Below the pieces are notes generated by a model, which was given only the letters and a program-made list of their open reading frames with translations, was not told the origin of the DNA and ran no database searches. The position numbers and the translations under genes are program-made. Below are positions 29,474 through 38,907 of a DNA stretch of 64,000 nt, one piece after another (within the stretch, counting starts at the first letter, position 1; every line of letters starts with the position of its first letter). The stretch is from Bdellovibrionales bacterium (lineage in GTDB: Bacteria; Bdellovibrionota; Bdellovibrionia; Bdellovibrionales; UBA1609), in NCBI GenBank assembly GCA_027317865.1, contig DAHVQG010000001.1:1-64000 (forward strand), written 5' to 3'.

Positions 29474-31318
29474 ATGTGTGGAATCGTAGGCTATTACGGT
29501 CCCGAAAATCCAAAAGATGTGATCATGGGCGGCCTGAAGTCGCTTGAGTATCGCGGCTATGACAGCGCGGGTGTGGCGATTTTAAATTGCGGCGAATTTA
29601 AGCGTGTGCGAGCCGAAGGTAAATTGTCGACGCTTGAAAAAAAATTAGAGCACGAAACATTCGACGGCCATCTGGGTATCGGCCATACGCGATGGGCAAC
29701 GCACGGCGCCCCAGTTGAAAAAAACGCGCACCCGCACACAGTCGATGGAATCAGTCTTGTTCATAACGGCATCATCGAAAACTATTTAGAACTTAAAGAT
29801 GAGCTTGGCACTAAGGCGCAATTTACAAGCGACACCGATAGCGAGCTTGTGGCCCATCTTATTGCCCGTGAAATTGAAAGGACGCGCGATTTATTAAAGG
29901 CGGTTCTGCGCGTGCGCACTCGACTACAGGGTGCATATTCGATTCTCGTCGTTTCGAAAGACCATCCTGACGAAATGGTGGCGTTCAAAAACGGCCCGCC
30001 GCTGATTTTGGGTACGGCTAAAGGATCGGTCCTTATCGCAAGCGACGTGCAAGCAATTTTGCCGTATACGAAAAAAGTCGTGTATCTTGACGACCTTGAG
30101 ACGGCGCATGTTAAAGGCGAGGCCTTTCAAGTTTTTGATGCTAACGGTAAGCCGGTTGAGAAGAAGGTCACGACGATTGATTGGACCGCCGAGCAGGCAA
30201 AAAAAGAAGGCTATCCTCACTTTATGCTCAAAGAGATTTTCGAAGAACCACGGGCTGTGGCAAGAGCGCTTGCCCCTCACGTCGACGTTGAAAAACATGC
30301 GGTGGATATTCTTAGTCACACGGGGTTATGGAGTGCGAATCAGTTGAGTGCGGCCTGCGCCAGTATCGACCGGATCATAATTGTGGCGTGCGGCACTTCG
30401 TTTTACGCCGCACAAGTTGGTGGTTATTTAATCGAACAGTTTGCGGGAGTCGCAACAAGTACCGACATTGCAAGTGAGTTTCGCTATCGAAAACCCGTAA
30501 TCGCAAAAAATACCCTTGCCATTTTAATTTCACAAAGCGGTGAAACGGCGGACACGCTCGCGGTTTTGAGGCAGCTCAAAAAAATGCAAGTGCCAGTGCT
30601 CAGCATAAGCAACGTGAAAAATTCGACGGTTGATCGCGAGGCAGATGGGCGTCTTTACATGAACGCCGGACCAGAGATCGGCGTTGCCAGCACGAAAGCA
30701 TTTACGGCGACTCTTGCGCTCATGCATCTGCTTGCGCTCGATCTGGCGAAAGTGCGGGGCCAGTTGAAGTTAAATGATGAATCCCGCTATGTCCGGGCGC
30801 TTTTAGCCGCTCCAGCGCAAATGGAGACGGTCTTAGCGTGCGACAAATTTTTTAGTGAAGCGGCGGCCACCCTTAAAAACTACAAAGGTTTTTTGTACAT
30901 GGGCCGTGGCGTAAATTATCCGATCGCGCTTGAGGGGGCGCTTAAACTTAAAGAGCTTGCTTACATGCACGCCGAAGGTTACGCCGCCGGGGAAATGAAA
31001 CACGGCCCGCTTGCGCTGATTGACGATAGGATGGCCGTTGTCATGCTCGCCCCGAGCGATTCGCTTTACGAGAAAACTTTAAGTAATCTTGAGGAGGCGA
31101 AAGCGCGTGGCGGGGTCATTATTTCAATCGGCACTGTCGGCAACGAAAAGTTGCGTGCTTTGAGCGCGAGGTATCTAGCTTTACCGAGGGCCGAATGGAG
31201 CGTGAATCCGCTTCTCGAATCAATCCCCCTTCAACTTCTTGCCTATCACGTGGCAAACGCCCTTGGGCACGACGTCGATCAACCGCGAAACCTCGCCAAA
31301 TCCGTGACGGTCGAATAG
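29474..31318 (+). CDS. glmS: Glutamine--fructose-6-phosphate transaminase
   Basis: MCGIVG, EYRGYDSAG, GHTRWATHG, SQSGETADT, PRNLAKSVTVE. Confidence 0.98.
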   Translation: MCGIVGYYGPENPKDVIMGGLKSLEYRGYDSAGVAILNCGEFKRVRAEGKLSTLEKKLEHETFDGHLGIGHTRWATHGAPVEKNAHPHTVDGISLVHNGIIENYLELKDELGTKAQFTSDTDSELVAHLIAREIERTRDLLKAVLRVRTRLQGAYSILVVSKDHPDEMVAFKNGPPLILGTAKGSVLIASDVQAILPYTKKVVYLDDLETAHVKGEAFQVFDANGKPVEKKVTTIDWTAEQAKKEGYPHFMLKEIFEEPRAVARALAPHVDVEKHAVDILSHTGLWSANQLSAACASIDRIIIVACGTSFYAAQVGGYLIEQFAGVATSTDIASEFRYRKPVIAKNTLAILISQSGETADTLAVLRQLKKMQVPVLSISNVKNSTVDREADGRLYMNAGPEIGVASTKAFTATLALMHLLALDLAKVRGQLKLNDESRYVRALLAAPAQMETVLACDKFFSEAAATLKNYKGFLYMGRGVNYPIALEGALKLKELAYMHAEGYAAGEMKHGPLALIDDRMAVVMLAPSDSLYEKTLSNLEEAKARGGVIISIGTVGNEKLRALSARYLALPRAEWSVNPLLESIPLQLLAYHVANALGHDVDQPRNLAKSVTVE

Positions 31319-31409
31319 AGACTGTTTAAATTTTAGACGTATATGAAACGAATTCAGATTCTTCACGTGACAGTGGCTTATCGTTGAAGTTCGCGATAAA
31401 AATATCAGC

Positions 31410-32246
31410 ATGTCGCGGCTAAGATTTCTTTTTTTGGCGGTATTTTTGAGCCTCTTGTTCACAGTGACCACGACAACGGTAATATGGGCGGCTTCGCAGA
31501 ATCGCAATGAGTTTACGCAAGAATTCCCGACAAAAGACGCTTACCCCGATCAACATGCAGGTTATCCGTGTGTTCGAATTCTCATGAATCGCCCGTCGCC
31601 AATATCACACCGGGAATTTATGGCGCGATTATCTGAACAGTTCACTTTTGGTCATCAAAATTACACCGAAGTGCCTCAAGAGGTGCTACGCGCCGATGCC
31701 GGTCGCCAGGTTTTCATTAGCGCGTTTTTGCAAAATAAAACCATTAAAGGATTGATCGGACTTCTTGCTACGCTATTACCGGCCGATACCAAGTACATGC
31801 AAACCTCATCGCCTTCCGAGTGGGTGAGCCTTGGGCCAATTGTTAAAGGTGAAAATGCGTCTATCGATTACAAAGGTGACGAGTTTCGAATTGCTATTGA
31901 AATGCCCGATCAAAAAAAACCGTTTCGAGCCGAATTTAACATCGGCCCGTATAATATGCCGGCGCAAGAAATCGTAAGCGCCGCTTTTATTCACAACGGT
32001 GAAAGCCCGCACGGCATCACGTGGTGGCGGCATTTTCAAGTTTTGATTAAAAATCCGTTTGTGCTTGATCCGAGCTATTACTATCAGGAACTCAATCTTT
32101 ATTATAATGCTGATAGAAATTTAGAAGTGATTGCGATTCGCAATAAGAGCGACCGACCGTTTGCAAAATGGCGGGAGCAGTACATGTATATTCCAAAGGC
32201 ATTGGTCGTGCCGCAAAATTGGGATTTGCTTCACGGTCGCGGGTGA
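31410..32246 (+). CDS. Exported hypothetical protein
   Basis: 278-aa ORF filling the gap; N-terminal signal peptide; no recognised motif. Confidence 0.65.
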   Translation: MSRLRFLFLAVFLSLLFTVTTTTVIWAASQNRNEFTQEFPTKDAYPDQHAGYPCVRILMNRPSPISHREFMARLSEQFTFGHQNYTEVPQEVLRADAGRQVFISAFLQNKTIKGLIGLLATLLPADTKYMQTSSPSEWVSLGPIVKGENASIDYKGDEFRIAIEMPDQKKPFRAEFNIGPYNMPAQEIVSAAFIHNGESPHGITWWRHFQVLIKNPFVLDPSYYYQELNLYYNADRNLEVIAIRNKSDRPFAKWREQYMYIPKALVVPQNWDLLHGRG

Positions 32247-32248
32247 AT

Positions 32249-33610
32249 TTAGCAACTTAAATGATTCATCCACTCTGTGAGTGCCGACTTCGCGCGGCCG
32301 AGTTGCAACTCGCGCTTTTGTTCACGCTCTGCTTGCGTGCGCACGGTCAAACCTTCAATTAACGGAAATAAACCAAAGTTTATATTGGTGGGCTGAAACT
32401 CGTCTTTAGGTTCGGTAATGGCGTTGAGAAGCGCGCCAATTGCTGATTCGCGCGGAGGTCGGGAAATTTCTCTGCCGCTGAGCTGATCGTGTAAAAATCT
32501 CGCCACAAGAAGCCCGATGCAGGTCGAATCGAAATAACCTTCAACGCCGGTAATTTGACCGGCAAAATAAAGCCACGGGTCGTGCGGGCTTGAAAGAAAT
32601 GGCGTAAGCTTTCGCGGGGAATGGAGGTAAAGATTGCGGTGAATGCTCCCCAGCTTTAAAAATTCGGCCCTTTCAAGACCGGGAATCATGCGAAATACTC
32701 GCGTTTGTTCGCCGTAAGCCATTTTCGTTTGAAATCCGACCATATTGTATGAGGTCGCCTCGCGATTTTCTTGCCTGAGTTGTACTACTGCAAACGGCTT
32801 TTTACCGGTCTCGGGGTGGCGAATACCATTGGGCGACATGGGGCCGAATTTGGGAGTAAGGGGCCCGCGTTCAACCATGGCTTCGATCGGCATGCAACCT
32901 TCAAAATAAGGAATTTTTTCGAAATCCTTTGGCTCAACTTTGCGAGCCGCCGCAATTGCGTCGATAAACGTGAAATATTGCGCTTTATCAAGAGGACAAT
33001 TGATGTAGTCTTGTGTGCCGCGGTCAAACCGATCGGCCTTGAACGCCACAGTCATGTCGATGGTGTCAGCGTCAATGACCGGAGCGATGGCATCAAAAAA
33101 ATAAAGAAAATCAGTTTTGTCTTCGGTAGACGCTAAGTGCTCGCGAATGCTTAGGGCTAGTGATTCGTGGGTTAACGGACCCGTTGCAATGACCGCTGGC
33201 CGCGGAATTTCATCAAGCGAAGAAACAAGACGTCGCTCCACGCGGATGTGCGGGTGACCTGAAATGGCACGAGAAACGGCTGTCGAAAAAAGTTCGCGAT
33301 CCACCCCCAATGCCATTCCAGCCGGCACGCTCGATTCCTTTGCCGCTCGTAAGATAAGAGAGCCTAACTTATCGGCTTCCCACTTCAGTTGCCCGGGCGC
33401 CGAGTAATCGGTTTGCGATCCGAGCGAATTCGAACACACAAGTTCAGCCAAGCGATCGGTTTTGTGGGCTGGGGTGGTCAGCGCTCCGGTGCTCTCGCCA
33501 CTTGGAGTGCCGCGCATTTCAATTAATATGACGTCATGACCGCGCTCGGCCAACTGCCATGCGCATTCGCTCCCGGCAAGTCCGCCGCCAACAACATAAA
33601 TGGGTTTCAA
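32249..33610 (-). CDS. trmFO: Folate/FAD-dependent tRNA (uracil-5-)-methyltransferase
   Basis: VVGGGLAGSECAWQLA, AELVCSNS, YFFDAIAP, YFEGCMPIE, FAGQITGVEGY; GAGGAG RBS before TTG. Confidence 0.95.
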   Translation of the reverse strand: MKPIYVVGGGLAGSECAWQLAERGHDVILIEMRGTPSGESTGALTTPAHKTDRLAELVCSNSLGSQTDYSAPGQLKWEADKLGSLILRAAKESSVPAGMALGVDRELFSTAVSRAISGHPHIRVERRLVSSLDEIPRPAVIATGPLTHESLALSIREHLASTEDKTDFLYFFDAIAPVIDADTIDMTVAFKADRFDRGTQDYINCPLDKAQYFTFIDAIAAARKVEPKDFEKIPYFEGCMPIEAMVERGPLTPKFGPMSPNGIRHPETGKKPFAVVQLRQENREATSYNMVGFQTKMAYGEQTRVFRMIPGLERAEFLKLGSIHRNLYLHSPRKLTPFLSSPHDPWLYFAGQITGVEGYFDSTCIGLLVARFLHDQLSGREISRPPRESAIGALLNAITEPKDEFQPTNINFGLFPLIEGLTVRTQAEREQKRELQLGRAKSALTEWMNHLSC

Positions 33611-33748
33611 GCGTTTGCTCCTCTATTCGATTTGCCGTCCGTAAGTCCAGATCGATCGCACACGGCACCCAAAATTTCGGTTCCGCGAATTGAATAACAA
33701 AAACATCTAACCTTTCGCAAGAAAACTCTATCTAATAGCACAAGAGGT

Positions 33749-34555
33749 ATGGAATTTTCTGTTTATGACCCATTTCTCGATCCGGTTATTGTCATCTCCG
33801 CAGAGGGGGCGATTCAGTACGTGAACCCTGCGGGCCGGCGTTGGCTGATGGCGGAGGCAAACCCGACAGCCGGCGATCCACTCGACAAGTTCGTTTTTTT
33901 TAGCGAAACGACCATGTTTAGCGACGCGGCGGCCTTGCAACCATGGCAGATGACCCGTCCTGAAAAAGGCCATTTTCGTTTTTCATCCAATAACTACGAC
34001 GGTAATGCCATGGTTTGCATTCAAAAGATTCCGTATGCCGACGATTTTGTTTACGCGATCATCGTGCGGGACTTGGCGTTTGCTTCAACAATAGACCCCA
34101 CCGATTTGGGCGCGGATAACGCTGATATTATGGAACAAACGGCAAACAGCCCGATGTCCATTGCGAACGATACGGCTTATATCAATCAATCCAAATTATT
34201 TGATGAAGTGTCGTTAACAAAATCGATCCCCAAAGATTTGGCGGCGCGGTTTGAAACGAAGGTAAATATTTTTGTTGTTGAACTTCGACTCGCCTTGCTC
34301 GGCCTCACGAGTGTATTATCTGAGCACTGGGTTGACGCCGAGGTCAAAGCCGATAATTTGGCTACGGGTCTTCTTTGCAACCTTGAAATTCAGGCCACTG
34401 ACGATCTCAAGGCCATCACCACGAGCAGCAAAATCGTAGATATTAAAAAGACCGAAAACGAAACACTTCGAATCCGTTTCAAATTTGAAAATTTAAGCCT
34501 TCTTACCAAGCGTGCCATTGACAATTTTTTGCAAAAGCACGCAACAACGTTTTAA
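33749..34555 (+). CDS. PAS-domain protein with possible degenerate C-terminal PilZ-like domain
   Basis: DPVIVISAEGAIQYVNPAGRRWL (PAS); C-terminal beta region ending RIRFKF..TKRAIDNFL resembles the PilZ fold. Confidence 0.6.
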   Translation: MEFSVYDPFLDPVIVISAEGAIQYVNPAGRRWLMAEANPTAGDPLDKFVFFSETTMFSDAAALQPWQMTRPEKGHFRFSSNNYDGNAMVCIQKIPYADDFVYAIIVRDLAFASTIDPTDLGADNADIMEQTANSPMSIANDTAYINQSKLFDEVSLTKSIPKDLAARFETKVNIFVVELRLALLGLTSVLSEHWVDAEVKADNLATGLLCNLEIQATDDLKAITTSSKIVDIKKTENETLRIRFKFENLSLLTKRAIDNFLQKHATTF

Positions 34556-34596
34556 ACGATGTCCTTTTTCTTCGGCTAATGCTAACGTACCGTTTC

Positions 34597-35025
34597 ATGG
34601 GGGAGAATCATAAAATTCGCCGCGAGCGTAAAAACGAACCGCAACATTCATCCGACGTGTTGTTTAGTTTACTTAAGAAGGCAAACACTCCGTTGGGCGA
34701 GCAGTTCATTCGTTGGCGTCTTTGGAACCAATGGCAAGAAGTCGTCGGGGCTGAAATTGCCGCCCATACCAGACCTGTGCAGTTTATTCGCGGGCAACTT
34801 TATGTTTGGGTTAAATCGGCGGCGCGCATGCAAGATTTGACGTTTTTAGCAAAACCGATAATTGAGAAAATCAATCAATTTGCCGGCAAAAAATGGGTAA
34901 AATCAATTCGTTTTACCCTCGACCGCAAGTCGGTGCCGTCACCTGAAGAAAGCGAAGAGCGCTTATTGAAATTCCTTTCCAAGACAACTCCCAATGAAGA
35001 TTCGGACCCGTCACGCGGCCGGTAG
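34597..35025 (+). CDS. DUF721/DciA-family protein (helicase-loader-like)
   Basis: WQEVVGAEIAAHTRPV..GQLYVWVKSAARMQDL..IIEKIN..VKSIRF. Confidence 0.8.
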   Translation: MGENHKIRRERKNEPQHSSDVLFSLLKKANTPLGEQFIRWRLWNQWQEVVGAEIAAHTRPVQFIRGQLYVWVKSAARMQDLTFLAKPIIEKINQFAGKKWVKSIRFTLDRKSVPSPEESEERLLKFLSKTTPNEDSDPSRGR

Positions 35026-35800
35026 CGCCTGAAAGACCGATCACCTGACCGCGATTGACTTGCTCGCCGACCGTCACTTTGAATTTAGATAGATGCATAT
35101 ATTCGCTATAAATTCCACCGCCATGATCAACAATAACAATGTTACCCGTGATCGGGTTGTCGCCGATATACATGACTTTACCGCTGGCGGCGACGTGAAC
35201 CGGTGTGCGCATCGGCGCGCGCAGATCGATTCCGGTATGGTAGTACGGTTTGGCGTGAGGAGGTGTGCGCGGTGAAGCGAATCTTGAAGTTACGTACATA
35301 TAGTGAAGCGGCGGGTGCCAACATTGGTGAAAATTAAACTTGCCGTTAACCGGGCTGGTGAGTCTTCTTAGCATCGCAAAGACTTCGCCGACTTGAGTTT
35401 GGCTGAAATTTTTGAGTCGATCCCATACGGCCGCAGGCAGTCGCAGCTTGATGGCTCGAGTTAAATTTATCAGAGAAACCTTAATCACTTTTTGAAAAAA
35501 TATTTCGCGTGGATAAGTAAAAAGGCCGCCGGGGGAATATTTCAATCTGCCGATAACCGTAACGGTCGGGAACGCGCCGATCCCGAGAAACGCCGTTCTG
35601 TCATTAAGCCACGAGGCGCGACGATTTGAAACCGAAAGAAACTGCCCGGCCGACTTCGCGCTTGGCCAAGTTACTTTTAAAAAATCGCCGGGTATAACTT
35701 CTGACGGTAGCTTCACAGGTGTCGCGACAAATAGATCGGCGCAAATTTGCGAAGAGGGCATCAAAACAGCAATAACGGCCACCACTACGGCGGCAATCAA
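34913..35800 (-). CDS. M23-family metallopeptidase
   Basis: HTGIDL, IVDHGGGIYSEYMHLS, GATGRVTGPNLHW; signal peptide. Confidence 0.9.
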   Translation of the reverse strand: MIAAVVVAVIAVLMPSSQICADLFVATPVKLPSEVIPGDFLKVTWPSAKSAGQFLSVSNRRASWLNDRTAFLGIGAFPTVTVIGRLKYSPGGLFTYPREIFFQKVIKVSLINLTRAIKLRLPAAVWDRLKNFSQTQVGEVFAMLRRLTSPVNGKFNFHQCWHPPLHYMYVTSRFASPRTPPHAKPYYHTGIDLRAPMRTPVHVAASGKVMYIGDNPITGNIVIVDHGGGIYSEYMHLSKFKVTVGEQVNRGQVIGLSGATGRVTGPNLHWELSWKGISISALRFLQVTAPTCGRG

Positions 35801-36594
35801 TGTTGGTTTTCTTCGTTTTGTCTGATTGCTGCGCGCAAGAGCGGTTTTAAAAATCGATTGCGTGGTTCATCTCCCAGTAAACTTAAAATTCGATCGTTAA
35901 TTGTCGGGTCATTTATCAGACGGCCAAGAGTTCCGTTACCGTCGTCGATCTTCTTTAAAATATTATTTAAGTGATAAAGAGACTCGCGAATATCAGGATC
36001 ATCGGCGACCTTCGAAATGTTGGCACTTGCAGTTGAAAGGTTGGAGCTTGCTTTAGAAATATGAGACACCATTGATGAAAGCCTATTGTCGGAATTGAGC
36101 GAACTCAACAACTGATTGAGTTCATGCACCGTTTCGAAAATTTTTGAAAAGTTCGGGCCCTTTCCGCTGGTCAACATGTCGAGAAAGTCACTTTCATTTA
36201 CAGATGGGATGACAGCGTCAGATGCGAGAACCGGGTCTGTGGTGGCCCCCGGCTTGATGTAAACATATTTGTCACCCAGTGCACCTTGCGTGCGAATCGA
36301 AGCCATCGACGAACTTGTAAGGTGGCGCGCCACCCGACTTAAAATTTCGACTGTTACATCCATCTTGAGATTTTTACTCAAGCGGATTTTTTTGACATTA
36401 CCGACGTTCATCCCTGAAACAGAAACAACGCTGCCAGGGGCCAGCCCTTCGGTTGACTGAAAGTAAATGTGAAACGTCGTATACGAGTGAAAGAAATCCT
36501 CGTTACCGCCGAATAAAATAATTGAGATAAGAAGTAGCGCAATGCCGATGACTGTAAATGCGCCAACTTTTATTTTTGACACCGGTTCAGTCAC
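35797..36594 (-). CDS. mlaD: MCE/MlaD-family lipid transport protein
   Basis: N-terminal TM, GLAPGSVVSVSGMNVGNV, GALGDKYVYI, helical tail GTLGRLINDP. Confidence 0.9.
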   Translation of the reverse strand: MTEPVSKIKVGAFTVIGIALLLISIILFGGNEDFFHSYTTFHIYFQSTEGLAPGSVVSVSGMNVGNVKKIRLSKNLKMDVTVEILSRVARHLTSSSMASIRTQGALGDKYVYIKPGATTDPVLASDAVIPSVNESDFLDMLTSGKGPNFSKIFETVHELNQLLSSLNSDNRLSSMVSHISKASSNLSTASANISKVADDPDIRESLYHLNNILKKIDDGNGTLGRLINDPTINDRILSLLGDEPRNRFLKPLLRAAIRQNEENQH

Positions 36595-37318
36595 TTTGCC
36601 CCCTGATAAATAATTGCAAGATTTGAACGGGATCTTGTTTGAGGTCCGAAACCATCCCCAAGTTTTCTACACTGCCATTTTCGAGAAATGCCAAACGGTC
36701 GCAGACTCGTAGTGCCGTGTCCATGTCGTGCGTCACCAAAATGGATGTCACACCCGTTCCTTTCAGTTGAACAATAAGATTTTGAATCTTTACAGTATTG
36801 GCTGGATCAAGCCCCGCAGTCGGTTCGTCGTATAATATAATATCCGGTTTTAAAATAATGGCCCGTGCTAAACCGACGCGCTTTTGCATGCCGCCTGAAA
36901 GTTCGGCTGGCAGCATATTTTCTGTCCCGTGCATATTAAACATTTGAAGCGTTGATAGAACTTGTTCGCGGATTTCGTGTTCTTTGAGCTTCGTGTGTTC
37001 GCGTAGCGGATAGGCGATGTTGTCAAAAATAGTCATGGAATCAAACAATGCGCCGTTTTGAAATACATAGGCGACGCGCTTTCGGATATCGACAAGTTTG
37101 GCTTCGTCGAGATTGGTCACATCAATGCCTTCGATCTGAATTTGACCGTTGTCGGGGCGCTCAAGGCCGATCATGCTTCGCAAGATAACGCTTTTGCCCG
37201 CACCCGAACCGCCCAATAAGCCGAGGCACTCGCCTTGCTTCACCGTAAAATTGACATCGCGATGCACGACTTTGTTGCCAAACGATTTTTTAAAATGCGA
37301 AACCTCAATTATCTCCAT
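36587..37318 (-). CDS. mlaF: MlaF-family ABC ATPase
   Basis: GGSGAGKS, FQNGALFDSM, LSGGMQKRV, YDEPTAGLDP. Confidence 0.92.
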   Translation of the reverse strand: MEIIEVSHFKKSFGNKVVHRDVNFTVKQGECLGLLGGSGAGKSVILRSMIGLERPDNGQIQIEGIDVTNLDEAKLVDIRKRVAYVFQNGALFDSMTIFDNIAYPLREHTKLKEHEIREQVLSTLQMFNMHGTENMLPAELSGGMQKRVGLARAIILKPDIILYDEPTAGLDPANTVKIQNLIVQLKGTGVTSILVTHDMDTALRVCDRLAFLENGSVENLGMVSDLKQDPVQILQLFIRGQSD

Positions 37319-38088
37319 GTTTGAATTACCCAAAATACTTTAGTTAAGAAATAATCGCCGACAAGAATCAGAATCGAGGATGTCACCACCGCCCGTGTCG
37401 TGGCGAGTCCAACCGCGCGTGTGCCGCGTTCGACATTGAGACCGTAATAGCAGGCCGGGATCGCAACAAAAAGCGCAAAGAAAAATGTTTTTAAAAAACC
37501 TGAAAGGTAATCCGTCAGTGTGACCGTCGATAAAACTTTTTGCCAATAAAAGCTGCCGGCTAGATGGAGGTCGAAAGTGCCGACGACAAGTCCGCCGAAA
37601 ATGCCGATCGCGTTTGCAAATACGCAAAGTAACGGCAAGCAGATCAGGCAGGCCAACACGCGAGGGATTACAATTTTTTTAATCGGCGATGTTCCAAGTG
37701 CGCGCATGGCATCGACCTGTTGCGTGACGACCATCGAAGCAATTTCAGAGGTCATCCCCGCGCCGACCCGGGCTGCAAACATCAGACTTGCGAAAATAGG
37801 CCCGAGTTCGCGAATGATTGAAAGTGATACGAGTTTTGGAATGTAAAGATTGGCGCCGAATTTTTGTAAACCAATACCAAATTGCAACGCCATGACCATC
37901 CCCACACTCATGGCGACGATTAGAATCAAAGGCAAAGATTTCGCGCCGACGTTTTCAATTTGAACGGCGAGAAGGTCAAAATACAAAGGCTTGCGAAACA
38001 GCTCCTTGAGCATTTGACCGACAAGAAGCGCGTTGCCTCCGACAAAATCGAAAAATTTTTCGGTTCGGGCTTGAAGGTTAGTGGTCAT
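37309..38088 (-). CDS. mlaE: MlaE-family ABC permease
   Basis: RELGPIFASLMFAARVGA, QVDAMRALG, VGLATTRAVV. Confidence 0.93.
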   Translation of the reverse strand: MTTNLQARTEKFFDFVGGNALLVGQMLKELFRKPLYFDLLAVQIENVGAKSLPLILIVAMSVGMVMALQFGIGLQKFGANLYIPKLVSLSIIRELGPIFASLMFAARVGAGMTSEIASMVVTQQVDAMRALGTSPIKKIVIPRVLACLICLPLLCVFANAIGIFGGLVVGTFDLHLAGSFYWQKVLSTVTLTDYLSGFLKTFFFALFVAIPACYYGLNVERGTRAVGLATTRAVVTSSILILVGDYFLTKVFWVIQTWR

Positions 38089-38597
38089 GGCACGCGAAAC
38101 CCTTTTACAAATCGTTCAAAGTCGAGTTGGTTTGCTCCAAAAGCTTTAGTCACGCCGGCGTAAGTGAGGATGTATGTGCAATCGTGTTTCTTAAAAATAA
38201 CAAGTTCAAATTCGGTTTTTACGCCTTCTACCGTGCCGTCGATAATGGAGTGAATGGCCGCCACACCATTGTAGGTGATCGGGTCGACCTCGATTGGTTG
38301 TGCATCAGATATTTCGTCAATCACTCCTTCTTGAATTTGTTCAAGTGTCGCGTCGGGTGTGTCATGGCATTCGCTCAAGACAGAAATGGAGTTGCCGTTC
38401 TTTTTTTCCTGCCAAGAATAATCCAGATCAGGCGATTGCGTCTTTTCAAATGTTGATGGCGGCGGTGTAAATTTCATATCCTTACTTCTTTGAGGTTTCG
38501 GAATTTTTAAACGAATCGAAACGCAGGCCGTAAATGTACACGCGGTCATAGCGACAATGCTGAGAGCCAAGGCTCTTATCCAAATCGATGTTTTCAT
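38085..38597 (-). CDS. Lipoprotein, possibly PsbP/DcrB-like fold
   Basis: Lipobox FTAC; beta-rich body ending in helix DFERFVKGF; stop overlaps the mlaE ATG. Confidence 0.7.
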   Translation of the reverse strand: MKTSIWIRALALSIVAMTACTFTACVSIRLKIPKPQRSKDMKFTPPPSTFEKTQSPDLDYSWQEKKNGNSISVLSECHDTPDATLEQIQEGVIDEISDAQPIEVDPITYNGVAAIHSIIDGTVEGVKTEFELVIFKKHDCTYILTYAGVTKAFGANQLDFERFVKGFRVP

Positions 38598-38629
38598 GGT
38601 TGTTTAAACCTTTTGCGTTTCTCTAATTT

Positions 38630-38657
38630 GTATCGGAATGAATCACCCTGGGCATGA
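38630..38657 (-). promoter_or_regulatory. Putative sigma28-type promoter of the lipoprotein-mlaEFD operon
   Basis: Minus strand TCAT-N16-TCCGATAC. Confidence 0.45.
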
Positions 38658-38876
38658 GGATTGCCAAAGGGCGCAACGTACGACTCTAGCCCGCATAAAG
38701 GCGTGCTCGTCTGCTGTCCAGTCACCAGTTTGGCGGTCACCCGACAAGTTGGTGGCACAGAATATCATGATCAAGAGACGGTCAGGCTCGACTTAAAGCA
38801 AGAATTCCGTCACTAGCCGCCCTTGCAAGTGTTTTTTTTGGCGCTCTCAAGACGAACGTCCCCGAAGAAAACCGCG

Positions 38877-38893
38877 TTGGCACCAATTGTGCT
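38877..38893 (+). promoter_or_regulatory. Sigma54 (-24/-12) promoter of the flagellar operon
   Basis: TTGGCACCAATTGTGCT = TGG-N10-GC near consensus. Confidence 0.8.
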
Positions 38894-38907
38894 TATTTAT
38901 TAAAATT

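Noticed and set aside
38598-38876. Riboswitch or sRNA in the long mla/flagellar intergenic region
   Set aside because: Only weak pairing (GTCACCA..TGGTGGC) and no recognisable c-di-GMP riboswitch core; better explained as divergent promoter and enhancer DNA.
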